64,000 nucleotides of DNA, from positions 20,092 through 84,091 of the forward strand of contig JAKAQO010000006.1 in the NCBI GenBank assembly GCA_021822495.1. Direction: 5' to 3'. Position 1 is the first letter of the stretch. Each line of letters begins with the position of its first letter. Both the position numbers and the translations under genes were made by a program. This document shows positions 27,474-34,549 of the stretch, piece by piece. The notes beneath the pieces were generated by a model, which was not told where the DNA came from, ran no database searches, and saw nothing but the letters and a program-made list of their open reading frames with translations. This DNA is from a bacterium (GTDB lineage Bacteria > Elusimicrobiota > Elusimicrobia > UBA1565 > UBA9628).

Positions 27474-27480
27474 TAAAGAC

Positions 27481-28752
27481 ATGACACAAAAAAAAGATTG
27501 CAAGGCGCTTATTATCGGCGCCGGAGCGGCGGGGCTTGCGGCGGCAGAGGCCTTAACGCGGGCGGGAAAGAGATGCGTGATTCTTGAAGCGCGAAATCGC
27601 ATTGGCGGGCGAATTTGGACTGTGAAGGGTCCGGATCAGTCTCCGATTGAATTGGGCGCGGAGTTTATCCACGGTCGTCCCCGCGTGACTTGGGATATCC
27701 TCAAGCGTTTCAGGATCAAGGCTATTCCGGTCTCGGGGGTTCGCTGGCGCAAGGGCGAAGAGGGTTTGAAACGAGATTCCAACTCTTGGGGAAGTCTTTC
27801 CAAAGTTTTCTCGCGGCTTAAATCCACGAGGAAAGACCGTTCTTTTCTCGATGCTTTGGAGAAAATGAAACTTTCTCCCGCATCCAAAGAGATGGCCGAG
27901 CGTTTTGTGAGAAGTTATCACGCCGCGGACACTCGTAAAATCAGCGTCAACGATCTCGTATTTCAACAGGAAGTATCCGGAGAATCGGGTATGCAGGGGT
28001 ACCGCATTCCGCAAGGTTACGGGTCTTTGATCAAAAATTTGGCGGCAGCCTTGCCTCCCGGTTCAATTCAGTTGAATCAAGCCGTGCGGGAAATTCGCTG
28101 GTCTCGAAATAAGGTGGAGGTTGTCACTCAAAAATCGCGCTTCAAGGCCGAGCGCGTCTTGGTGACCGTGCCGCTAGGGGTTCTAAAATATCCCGGGGCC
28201 TTTGTTTTCTATCCCGCCTTGAAAGCAAAAGAAGCGGCCTTGAAAAAACTGGAGATGGGACTGGCGGCTAGAGTTTCTTTCTTTTTTCGGGAGCCTTTCT
28301 GGCAAAAAGGGGGGAGAAAAAATCTTTCCGGCTTTTTTCAATTAGAGAAGACGGCAATTCCGGTTTGGTGGACCGGACTCTTTAAGGATTCTCCGGTCTT
28401 AACTGGTTGGCTGGGTGGGCCGGAGGTTCAAAAACTGGGGGCCCCGAAGCTTTTTACTCGCCGAGGGCTTGAGAGTTTAAGCGGTCTTTTTTATTTTGAT
28501 CAAAAATTCTTGAAATCAAAACTCCTCCGGACTTATTTTCACGACTGGAGTTCCGACCCTTTTTCCCGCGGGGCTTACAGTTACTGTGGAGTGGGTGGAA
28601 TGCCGGCTCGAAAAGAGCTTGCGCGTCCCGTTGATAAGACCTTGTTTTTTGCCGGAGAAGCAACCGATGATTCCGGTGAGGCCTCGACCGTGGCCGGCGC
28701 TTTTTCAAGCGGTCTTCGCGCCGCTGAAGAAATCATCTCATCTTTAATTTAG
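27481..28752 (+). CDS. FAD-dependent amine oxidase family protein
   Basis: 423 aa. Dinucleotide-binding motif ALIIGAGAAGLAAAEAL, then ILEARNRIGGRIWT, and a C-terminal FFAGEAT motif typical of flavin amine oxidases. Confidence 0.8.
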   Translation: MTQKKDCKALIIGAGAAGLAAAEALTRAGKRCVILEARNRIGGRIWTVKGPDQSPIELGAEFIHGRPRVTWDILKRFRIKAIPVSGVRWRKGEEGLKRDSNSWGSLSKVFSRLKSTRKDRSFLDALEKMKLSPASKEMAERFVRSYHAADTRKISVNDLVFQQEVSGESGMQGYRIPQGYGSLIKNLAAALPPGSIQLNQAVREIRWSRNKVEVVTQKSRFKAERVLVTVPLGVLKYPGAFVFYPALKAKEAALKKLEMGLAARVSFFFREPFWQKGGRKNLSGFFQLEKTAIPVWWTGLFKDSPVLTGWLGGPEVQKLGAPKLFTRRGLESLSGLFYFDQKFLKSKLLRTYFHDWSSDPFSRGAYSYCGVGGMPARKELARPVDKTLFFAGEATDDSGEASTVAGAFSSGLRAAEEIISSLI

Positions 28753-28763
28753 TATAATAGAGT

Positions 28764-28837
28764 TGCGGGGTAGAGCAGCCTGGTAGCTCGCAAGGCTCAT
28801 AACCTTGAGGTCGCTGGTTCAAATCCAGCCCCCGCAA
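28764..28837 (+). tRNA. tRNA-Met (anticodon CAU), initiator-like
   Basis: Sequence TGCGGGG-TA-GAGC-AGCCTGGT-AGCTC-G-CAAGG-CTCATAA-CCTTG-AGGTC-GCTGG-TTCAAAT-CCAGC-CCCCGCA-A. It forms a cloverleaf with A11:U24. The D-arm and T-loop match the E. coli tRNA-fMet sequence as I recall it. CCA is not encoded. Confidence 0.9.
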
Positions 28838-28860
28838 CGTCTTCAAGGGAAAGATTCGAA

Positions 28861-28892
28861 CCGGGAGAGGAAAATTCTCTCTCGGTTTTTTT
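28861..28892 (+). terminator. Intrinsic terminator after tRNA-Met
   Basis: CCGGGAGAG-gaaaatt-CTCTCTCGG forms a 9-bp stem with one G-U pair and is followed by T7. Confidence 0.7.
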
Positions 28893-28908
28893 ATTTCCAA
28901 TTTTCTTA

Positions 28909-28937
28909 TTGAAATTGAGTCTCAATAAGGTTATAAT
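28909..28937 (+). promoter_or_regulatory. Candidate feoAB promoter TTGAAA-N17-TATAAT with an embedded inverted repeat ATTGAG-T-CTCAAT (28914-28926)
   Basis: TTGAAA 28909-28914, an exact 17-nt spacer and TATAAT 28932-28937. A 13-bp perfect palindrome lies within the spacer. An AGAGAGGA SD precedes ATG 28981. Confidence 0.55.
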
Positions 28938-28980
28938 AAAAGTGATGGAGGTCGGCTTTGCCGGCCAAAGAGAGGAATTT

Positions 28981-29220
28981 ATGACCTTAGAGGAAGTCGC
29001 GCTGAATCAGGCGGTTCGAGTCGAAGAAATTCAGGGCCTTGGCGAAAAAGACCTCGCCTGTCTTTTGGGGATGGGAATTCGTTCTGGCGTCTCCGTGACC
29101 AAGGTGATTACGACCCCGCTTAAAGACCCGGTTGAATGTTTGGTCGGTTCCCAGTTGTTGGCCGTTGAAAAGAGGCTTTTTAAGCATATTCGGGTCAAAG
29201 AAGTCTCGCCGGTTTCGTGA
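28981..29220 (+). CDS. feoA: Ferrous iron transport protein A (FeoA)
   Basis: 79 aa from ATG 28981, which has a good SD. The ORF is open from TTG 28909. It has FeoA size and pattern (LNQAVRVEEI...GIRSGVSVTKV) and a GTGA overlap with feoB. Confidence 0.8.
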   Translation: MTLEEVALNQAVRVEEIQGLGEKDLACLLGMGIRSGVSVTKVITTPLKDPVECLVGSQLLAVEKRLFKHIRVKEVSPVS

Positions 29221-31202
29221 AAACGGTTGTCGCTATTGCTGGGCGTCCTAACACCGGCAAAACCACGCTTTTTAATTCCTTGACTGGCCTCAGCCAGCGG
29301 GTGGCTAATTTCGCGGGCTGCACGGTTGACAGCGCCGTCGGCAATTTAAAAGACGGAGACGATTCTCTTGAGATTGTTGATTTACCGGGAACTTATTCCT
29401 TGCGGGCCATTTCGCAAGACGAGAAAATCGCCTTCCAATTTTTGGAAGATTCTTCCCGAGATGAAAATTTAAAAGGTCATTTCTTTGTTCTTTGCGTGGC
29501 CGAAGCTTCCAATTTAGCCAGGGACCTCACCCTGGCCGAGGCTTTAAAAGAGCGCGGCTATTCCGTTGGGGTCGTGATCAATATGATGGATGAGGCGCGC
29601 CATAACGGAATTGAAATTAATTTCAGCGGCCTTTCCCAAGAGTTGGGCTTTCCCGTGTTTCCAGCTTCGGCGCGTTATGGAGAAGGAGTGCCTGAGATTC
29701 GTTCTTTCATTGCCTCTTTGCCGGAAAAATCTAATTTGAGCTTGAGCGTAGACAAGTCTTTTGCCTCTATTGACGAGGAAGAAAAAAAATCCCACGCGCG
29801 GGTGGAAGAGGCTCTGTTGAAAATGGTGTTCCTGCCTGACGGAGAAATCCTTTCCACGGTCGAGCGTTCGATTCAAATTGATCGCAAACTCTTTCATCCG
29901 GTTTTAGGACCCTTGATTTTAGCCGCGACGCTTTTTTTTGTCTTTGAATCTCTTTTCACCTTGGGGCGTCCTCTCTCGGATGCCTTGGGTCTCTGGTTTA
30001 GCGCCGGAACGGAATGGTTGCGGGGGCAAATTCCCGGCAGTTTTCTTTCCAGTCTTGTGTGCGATGGAATTTTGGCCGGAATTTCGGCTGTGGCGACTTT
30101 TATTCCGCAGATTGCGATTTTATTTACGCTGATCGGCTTTTTGGAACAGAGCGGATATTTGCCGCGCGCGGGAGTGATGCTTGACCGCGCTTTCAGGCCC
30201 TTTGGGTTGGATGGAAAGGTCTTTGTTCCATTTCTGTCTTCTTTTGCCTGCGCTATTCCCGGGGTTATGGCCGCAAGAACTATCGCCGATGAAAAAAAGC
30301 GTTTGGCCGCGATTTTTCTTTGTCCTCTCATGACCTGTTCAGCCCGCATTCCCGTCTATACGCTCATTATCGCGGCTTTTGTTCCGGCGTCTCTTAGGAT
30401 TTTTGGATTGAGCGCTCAGGCTCTTGTGATGGCGGGTCTCTACGTTTTTGGCATTGTCGCGGCCCTTCTTTTCGCTTTGGCCTTAAAATTGGGTCGGGCC
30501 GAGGACCATTTCACCATCCCTTTGACCGTTTTGCCGCCCTACCGCTTTCCGCATCTGCGGGAAATGGCCATCTACGTCTGGGTGCGTTCCTCTCATTTTT
30601 TAATTAAGGCGGGAAAGATTATTTTTACCATTAGCCTTATTCTTTGGGTTGTGGCCTCTTTCCCTAAAAATCCCCAAAGCGTGCCGATTAAGGCGGAGAT
30701 CGCGAACATTCGTTCCTCCCAGGTTCTATCCGAGGCTTCCAAGGCGAAATTGGCGGACCTTCAGTTTCAGGCGCAGTCCTTGGATTTAGAGTCCAGCCTC
30801 TTAAGCCATATCGGAAAATTCATCGAACCTGTCTTTAAACCCATTGGCTATGATTGGCGCATCAGCGTTGCGGTCATCGCGTCTTTAAGCGCCCGGGAGG
30901 TTTTTGTCGGGACCTTGGGCACTCTTTTTTCCGTCAGCGGAGAGGCGGAGCCTTCCCGGGGCTTGATTGATAGTTTGAGAAATGCGCGTAATGCCGCGGG
31001 AGGGCCGGCTTACACCTTGGCGACGGCGGTGAGTTTGCTCATTTTCTTTGCGATCGCGCTACAGTGTTTGTCTACTTTTATCGTCGTTGGTCGGGAAACC
31101 GGCGGTTGGAAATGGCCGCTCATTCAGTTCTCAAGTTTCTTTGTGGTGGCCTATTCCTTGTCCTGGGTGGGTTTTCATCTCACGTCTTATTTGATGAAAT
31201 AG
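29217..31202 (+). CDS. feoB: Ferrous iron transporter FeoB
   Basis: 661 aa. N-terminal G-domain motifs GRPNTGKTTLFNSLTG, DLPGTYSL and NMMDEA, followed by a polytopic membrane domain. Confidence 0.95.
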   Translation: MKTVVAIAGRPNTGKTTLFNSLTGLSQRVANFAGCTVDSAVGNLKDGDDSLEIVDLPGTYSLRAISQDEKIAFQFLEDSSRDENLKGHFFVLCVAEASNLARDLTLAEALKERGYSVGVVINMMDEARHNGIEINFSGLSQELGFPVFPASARYGEGVPEIRSFIASLPEKSNLSLSVDKSFASIDEEEKKSHARVEEALLKMVFLPDGEILSTVERSIQIDRKLFHPVLGPLILAATLFFVFESLFTLGRPLSDALGLWFSAGTEWLRGQIPGSFLSSLVCDGILAGISAVATFIPQIAILFTLIGFLEQSGYLPRAGVMLDRAFRPFGLDGKVFVPFLSSFACAIPGVMAARTIADEKKRLAAIFLCPLMTCSARIPVYTLIIAAFVPASLRIFGLSAQALVMAGLYVFGIVAALLFALALKLGRAEDHFTIPLTVLPPYRFPHLREMAIYVWVRSSHFLIKAGKIIFTISLILWVVASFPKNPQSVPIKAEIANIRSSQVLSEASKAKLADLQFQAQSLDLESSLLSHIGKFIEPVFKPIGYDWRISVAVIASLSAREVFVGTLGTLFSVSGEAEPSRGLIDSLRNARNAAGGPAYTLATAVSLLIFFAIALQCLSTFIVVGRETGGWKWPLIQFSSFFVVAYSLSWVGFHLTSYLMK

Positions 31203-31203
31203 C

Positions 31204-31227
31204 AAAAAAGGGGACAGTCCCCTTTTT
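31204..31227. terminator. Intrinsic terminator A6-GGGGACAGTCCCC-T5 (serves feoB)
   Basis: A copy of the palindrome family, directly after the feoB stop codon. Confidence 0.7.
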
Positions 31228-31243
31228 GGCTAAGGTTATAAAG

Positions 31244-31263
31244 AAAGGGGACTGTCCCCTTTT
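31244..31263. terminator. Intrinsic terminator A3-GGGGACTGTCCCC-T4 (serves the minus-strand ankyrin-caspase gene)
   Basis: A second copy in inverted orientation, 24 nt from the first and adjacent to the stop codon of the gene ending at 31265. Confidence 0.65.
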
Positions 31264-31264
31264 C

Positions 31265-32845
31265 TTACCGGAAGGTAAACAGGGTGCCGGAGGTGTTTCC
31301 AGCCAAAACTGGAACTTGGTCTCGACCTTGGGCGGCGGCTTTTTCCCGTACGCGGATTTTAAGATAATCAAATAAGGACCTCGGGGTTAAATTCCGATGC
31401 TTTTGATCTGCGCGGTCAATTCCCCGAAGATAATAATACGTGAAAAGCCCGTGGCCCTGGCTTTCCAAGATGCCCGCCGTCTCATCGCCCTTGGCCGCCG
31501 CAAAGACCAGGAGTTTCCCGGCCGGAGGGGTGAGCGATTCGACTTTAGAGACTAAGGGCTTGACATTGTCGGCGATGACGGATCTTTCTCCGCTTCCGGA
31601 AAAACAGCTGTCTAGGACGACGATAACCCGTTTGGCGTTTAAGGAATTTAAGTCCTTGTAAAGCTCGGAAATGGAAAGGGCGGTTTGAGCGAGGAAATTA
31701 GGATCCCCGTCTACAGGAACCAGATAGGCCGCTCCCGATTTAACATCCGGCGCCCCGTGTCCTGAAAAGTAGATAAAGACTCTTCCATCTGATTTTGCGT
31801 GTTTGGGAAGCCAGTCCTCGACGTAGCCTAGAATATCGCTTTTAGTGGCCTGGTCGTTAATGAGGGTTTTGATTTGCCATTCGGGAAAGCCCAGAGCGAT
31901 GAGATGCGCCTTGACCGCCTCGGCGTCCCGGTTGGCGAATTTGGCGTGGGGTAAATCATGAATATAGCGGTTGATGCCGATAACCAGCGCGATGTCGTGC
32001 GGACGCTCCGGCAGACGGTAAAGCGGAGAATCAACATCCGAGAAATAGATTTTCTTTGGCGGTGGGGGCGCGGACGGCATTTCGCTTGAGGCAGAGCTAA
32101 TCAAAGAAGAGATATCCTCATGGCCGGCAATATTGGCGATGTCGGCGGCTGTTTCGTTTTGGGCGTTTTCAAGATTCGGGTCGGCGCCGTCTTTAAGGAG
32201 AGTTTTAACTGCGTCGGCGTATCCGCTGCGAGCCGCATACATTAAAGCCGTCCAGCCGTTATTGTCACGCGCGTTGATATTGGCGCCCGCCTCCATCAAT
32301 GGTTTGATGACCCCGATATTGTCGTTTTGGGCCGCGACCATGAGAGCCGTCTTCCCGGATTTATTCTTGGCGTTGACATTGCCTTTGTGCTGGATTAAAT
32401 CTTCCGCCATTCCAGGATAGCCGCCTTCCGCCGCGATCATGAGAGAGGTCCATCCGGCGTTATTTTCCGCGTTGACCTTGGCGCCGGCGCGCAAAAGAAC
32501 TCGAACCACGTTGTCATGGCCATAATCGGCGGCCTGCATTAAGGCGGTCCATTTGCCGTCATCATGGGTGTCAACCTTTGCCCCCATCTTAATCAGGTAT
32601 CGGGCGATGCGGGGATGCCCGGTCATAGCGGTCCACATAAGAGGAGTACGTCCGATGTCGTCTCTTAAATTGACGTCGGCCCCGCGGGATAAAGCGCGCT
32701 TAAGGGCTCCTAGGCGCCCTAGCATGGCAGCTTCGATGAGATCGTCGTTCGGGGTTGCGCGCGCGCGAGGGGCTGAGAACAAACTTAAGAGAAGCAAAAA
32801 AACCCCGGCAACTAAATTTCGGGAGATCGTAATTTTTTTATCCAT
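31265..32845 (-). CDS. Exported ankyrin-repeat protein with a C-terminal caspase-like (peptidase C14) domain
   Basis: 526 aa. Signal peptide (...SLFSAPRARA), then about 6-7 ankyrin repeats (aa ~31-248, e.g. GRTPLMWTAMTGHPRIARYLIKMGAKV). A Pro-rich linker follows, then a caspase fold with the His-Cys dyad contexts YFSGHG (His363) and VLDSCFSG (Cys414). Confidence 0.8.
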   Translation of the reverse strand: MDKKITISRNLVAGVFLLLLSLFSAPRARATPNDDLIEAAMLGRLGALKRALSRGADVNLRDDIGRTPLMWTAMTGHPRIARYLIKMGAKVDTHDDGKWTALMQAADYGHDNVVRVLLRAGAKVNAENNAGWTSLMIAAEGGYPGMAEDLIQHKGNVNAKNKSGKTALMVAAQNDNIGVIKPLMEAGANINARDNNGWTALMYAARSGYADAVKTLLKDGADPNLENAQNETAADIANIAGHEDISSLISSASSEMPSAPPPPKKIYFSDVDSPLYRLPERPHDIALVIGINRYIHDLPHAKFANRDAEAVKAHLIALGFPEWQIKTLINDQATKSDILGYVEDWLPKHAKSDGRVFIYFSGHGAPDVKSGAAYLVPVDGDPNFLAQTALSISELYKDLNSLNAKRVIVVLDSCFSGSGERSVIADNVKPLVSKVESLTPPAGKLLVFAAAKGDETAGILESQGHGLFTYYYLRGIDRADQKHRNLTPRSLFDYLKIRVREKAAAQGRDQVPVLAGNTSGTLFTFR

Positions 32846-32929
32846 TTTTTGGCCGCGAATATAGTTTAGGGCCTTTATTTCTCTCTGTCAAGGGGAACTT
32901 TTTTTGGGGGTAAGCCGTAAGAGTAGTGA

Positions 32930-32945
32930 CCGGAATAAATTCCGG
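32930..32945. promoter_or_regulatory. Inverted repeat CCGGAAT-aa-ATTCCGG upstream of the Spy/CpxP-like gene (candidate operator or 5' UTR hairpin)
   Basis: 7-bp arms, located 31 nt upstream of ATG 32976. Confidence 0.25.
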
Positions 32946-32975
32946 AGACTTCAGGAAATAAAAGGAGGAGTAATT

Positions 32976-33425
32976 ATGGATAAGCATCGCAGAATCGTGA
33001 CGGCTCAAGTCGGGGCGGCCTTGTTGGCCGCGCTTTTACCCTTCGGCGCGTGGGGGGCAAACTCGAAGAAGACGGGAGGACGAGGGCGTTGGATGGAGGA
33101 ATTGGGGCTGAGCTCGACCCAGGTTCCCAAACTCTTGGAGGTTTTGGGAACCCATCGCGAGAAATTGTCTCCGCTTTTTTCGCGGAGACGGCAAATTCTC
33201 GCGCAATTATCCCAGGAACTTAAGGCTAAAGCCCCCGAAAGTCAAATTGAGGCGACCCTCCAAGCCTTTGACCAAGTCAAGGAGCGCATGAGAAAAGCCA
33301 ACGAAGAGTTTATCGAAGGGGAGAACGCGGTCTTAACACCCCTTCAACGAGCCAAACTCATTGTCTCGCGTTCCTTGAGATATCAGAAAAAGCGCGCGCA
33401 ATTAAAGTCGAAAAAAACCTCTTAA
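32976..33425 (+). CDS. Periplasmic Spy/CpxP-like (LTXXQ-motif) helical protein
   Basis: 149 aa from ATG 32976, which has a strong AAAGGAGGAG SD. It has a signal peptide, a helical charged body, and LSSTQ and LTPLQ motifs. Confidence 0.5.
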   Translation: MDKHRRIVTAQVGAALLAALLPFGAWGANSKKTGGRGRWMEELGLSSTQVPKLLEVLGTHREKLSPLFSRRRQILAQLSQELKAKAPESQIEATLQAFDQVKERMRKANEEFIEGENAVLTPLQRAKLIVSRSLRYQKKRAQLKSKKTS

Positions 33426-33432
33426 GGTTTAC

Positions 33433-33468
33433 GGGGAGGAATTGGGGGGCGGTTCCCAATTCCTCCCC
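33433..33468 (+). terminator. Strong GC-rich hairpin (14-bp perfect stem) without a U-tract; possible terminator or REP-like element
   Basis: GGGGAGGAATTGGG (33433-33446) pairs perfectly with CCCAATTCCTCCCC (33455-33468) around an 8-nt loop. It lies 8 nt after the upstream stop codon. Confidence 0.45.
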
Positions 33469-33478
33469 GGCAGGAAAG

Positions 33479-33487
33479 TGATAAAAT
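33479..33487 (+). promoter_or_regulatory. Candidate extended -10 promoter (TGATAAAAT), 6 nt upstream of the GT9 GTG start
   Basis: TGATAAAAT 33479-33487, gap ttcagc, GTG 33494. There is no SD. Confidence 0.4.
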
Positions 33488-33493
33488 TTCAGC

Positions 33494-34549
33494 GTGTGGA
33501 ATTTAAAACAATCCGCGAAACACCTGGAAGAAAGAAGTAAGGCTTATCTGCGCTCTCATTTGATAAGCCTTTTGCCAAATCCCCATCCAGTTGAGGGGGC
33601 GTTAGATGTAAAATCCGTTTCCCGAATCCTGGCCGTTCGCCCCGACGCGAGATTGGGAAATATTCTTCTTTTAACCCCGGCTTTGCGCTTAATCAAAGAG
33701 GCTTTTCCTTTCGCAAAGACAGAGGTTTTGATGCCGGGAGCCTATGCCGAGGCTCTTAAATTTAACCCTTGCGTGTCCCAAGTTTTGACTGTTCGGGAGT
33801 GGCCGCTGACTCGGTTTTACGGCTATGATATTGTCTTTGATTTTTCTTCCTATCACGCATTTTCTTTATCCGGAGCGTTTTGGAGCGCCTGGTCCGAGGC
33901 GCGGAGGAGAATTGGTTACCGGCGGGGAGAAGCGGAAAAATTTCTTAACGATCTTGTCGATTGTCCGGTAGAAAAATTACATGAGACCGTTAATCTGGCG
34001 CGCTTGGTTCGTCACGCGGCGGCGGGGGCGGCTTTGACATCGGATGAAAATTTGAGGCTTGAGTGGCATTTCGGCCCGGGCGAAAAAGAAGAGGGAGAAA
34101 AATTTTGGCGAGAGCGCGGCCTGGATCAAGAAACGGTCGCTCTTTTTATTGGCGCGCGGGATCAAAAACGCTTGCCGGTTTCCTGGTTTTTGGAAATGGC
34201 TTCCCTTTTGCGCGCACAGGGCAGAAAAACGGCTCTTCTGGGGGGACCAGCGGAGAGGCGTATCATTCAAGATTTATCATTGCCAGAAGGCGTGGTCTTA
34301 CTTCCTGAAATGCCTTTGAGAAAATTTGCCGCGGCCTTGTCGAACGCAAGAGCCGTCTTAACGGCGGACACGGGGCCGATGCACTTATGCGTGGCTCTCA
34401 ATATCCCGACGGTTCAAATGTTTAGCCGTTCCGAACCCTGGCGGTATGGCTATTCTCATTGGCCGCCTCATCAAATCATTGAGACTCCCGGGCGGCTGGC
34501 CACCGTGGAAGAGGTCTGGCCAGTTCTTTTAAGGCTTCTTAACCGCTGA
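33494..34549 (+). CDS. Glycosyltransferase family 9 (LPS heptosyltransferase-like)
   Basis: 351 aa. N-terminal ILAVRPDARLGNILLLTPAL and C-terminal LTADTGPMHLCVALNIPTV motifs are typical of GT9. Confidence 0.8.
   Translation: MWNLKQSAKHLEERSKAYLRSHLISLLPNPHPVEGALDVKSVSRILAVRPDARLGNILLLTPALRLIKEAFPFAKTEVLMPGAYAEALKFNPCVSQVLTVREWPLTRFYGYDIVFDFSSYHAFSLSGAFWSAWSEARRRIGYRRGEAEKFLNDLVDCPVEKLHETVNLARLVRHAAAGAALTSDENLRLEWHFGPGEKEEGEKFWRERGLDQETVALFIGARDQKRLPVSWFLEMASLLRAQGRKTALLGGPAERRIIQDLSLPEGVVLLPEMPLRKFAAALSNARAVLTADTGPMHLCVALNIPTVQMFSRSEPWRYGYSHWPPHQIIETPGRLATVEEVWPVLLRLLNR

Noticed and set aside
27227-27484. 85-aa ORF (MDIWLSRFWSETRREER...) and the antisense 61-aa ORF 27181-27366 inside the intergenic element
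   Set aside because: Both lie wholly within the palindromic MITE-like element. They have no SD, are Arg-rich and low in complexity, and run into the start of the next gene. They are better explained as chance frames in a fold-back repeat.
27481-28752. The amine-oxidase-family gene as the hopanoid/squalene enzyme HpnE
   Set aside because: HpnE belongs to the same flavin amine oxidase fold. However, this gene is 10 kb from the hpn operon, is not next to hpnC/hpnD, and is in an operon-like junction with a metallophosphoesterase. The sequence gives no basis for the specific call.
28764-32845. An integrated island at tRNA-Met carrying feoAB and the ankyrin-caspase gene
   Set aside because: There is no integrase, no direct repeat of the tRNA 3' end and no obvious compositional break. 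feoAB has a normal host-type promoter and terminator.
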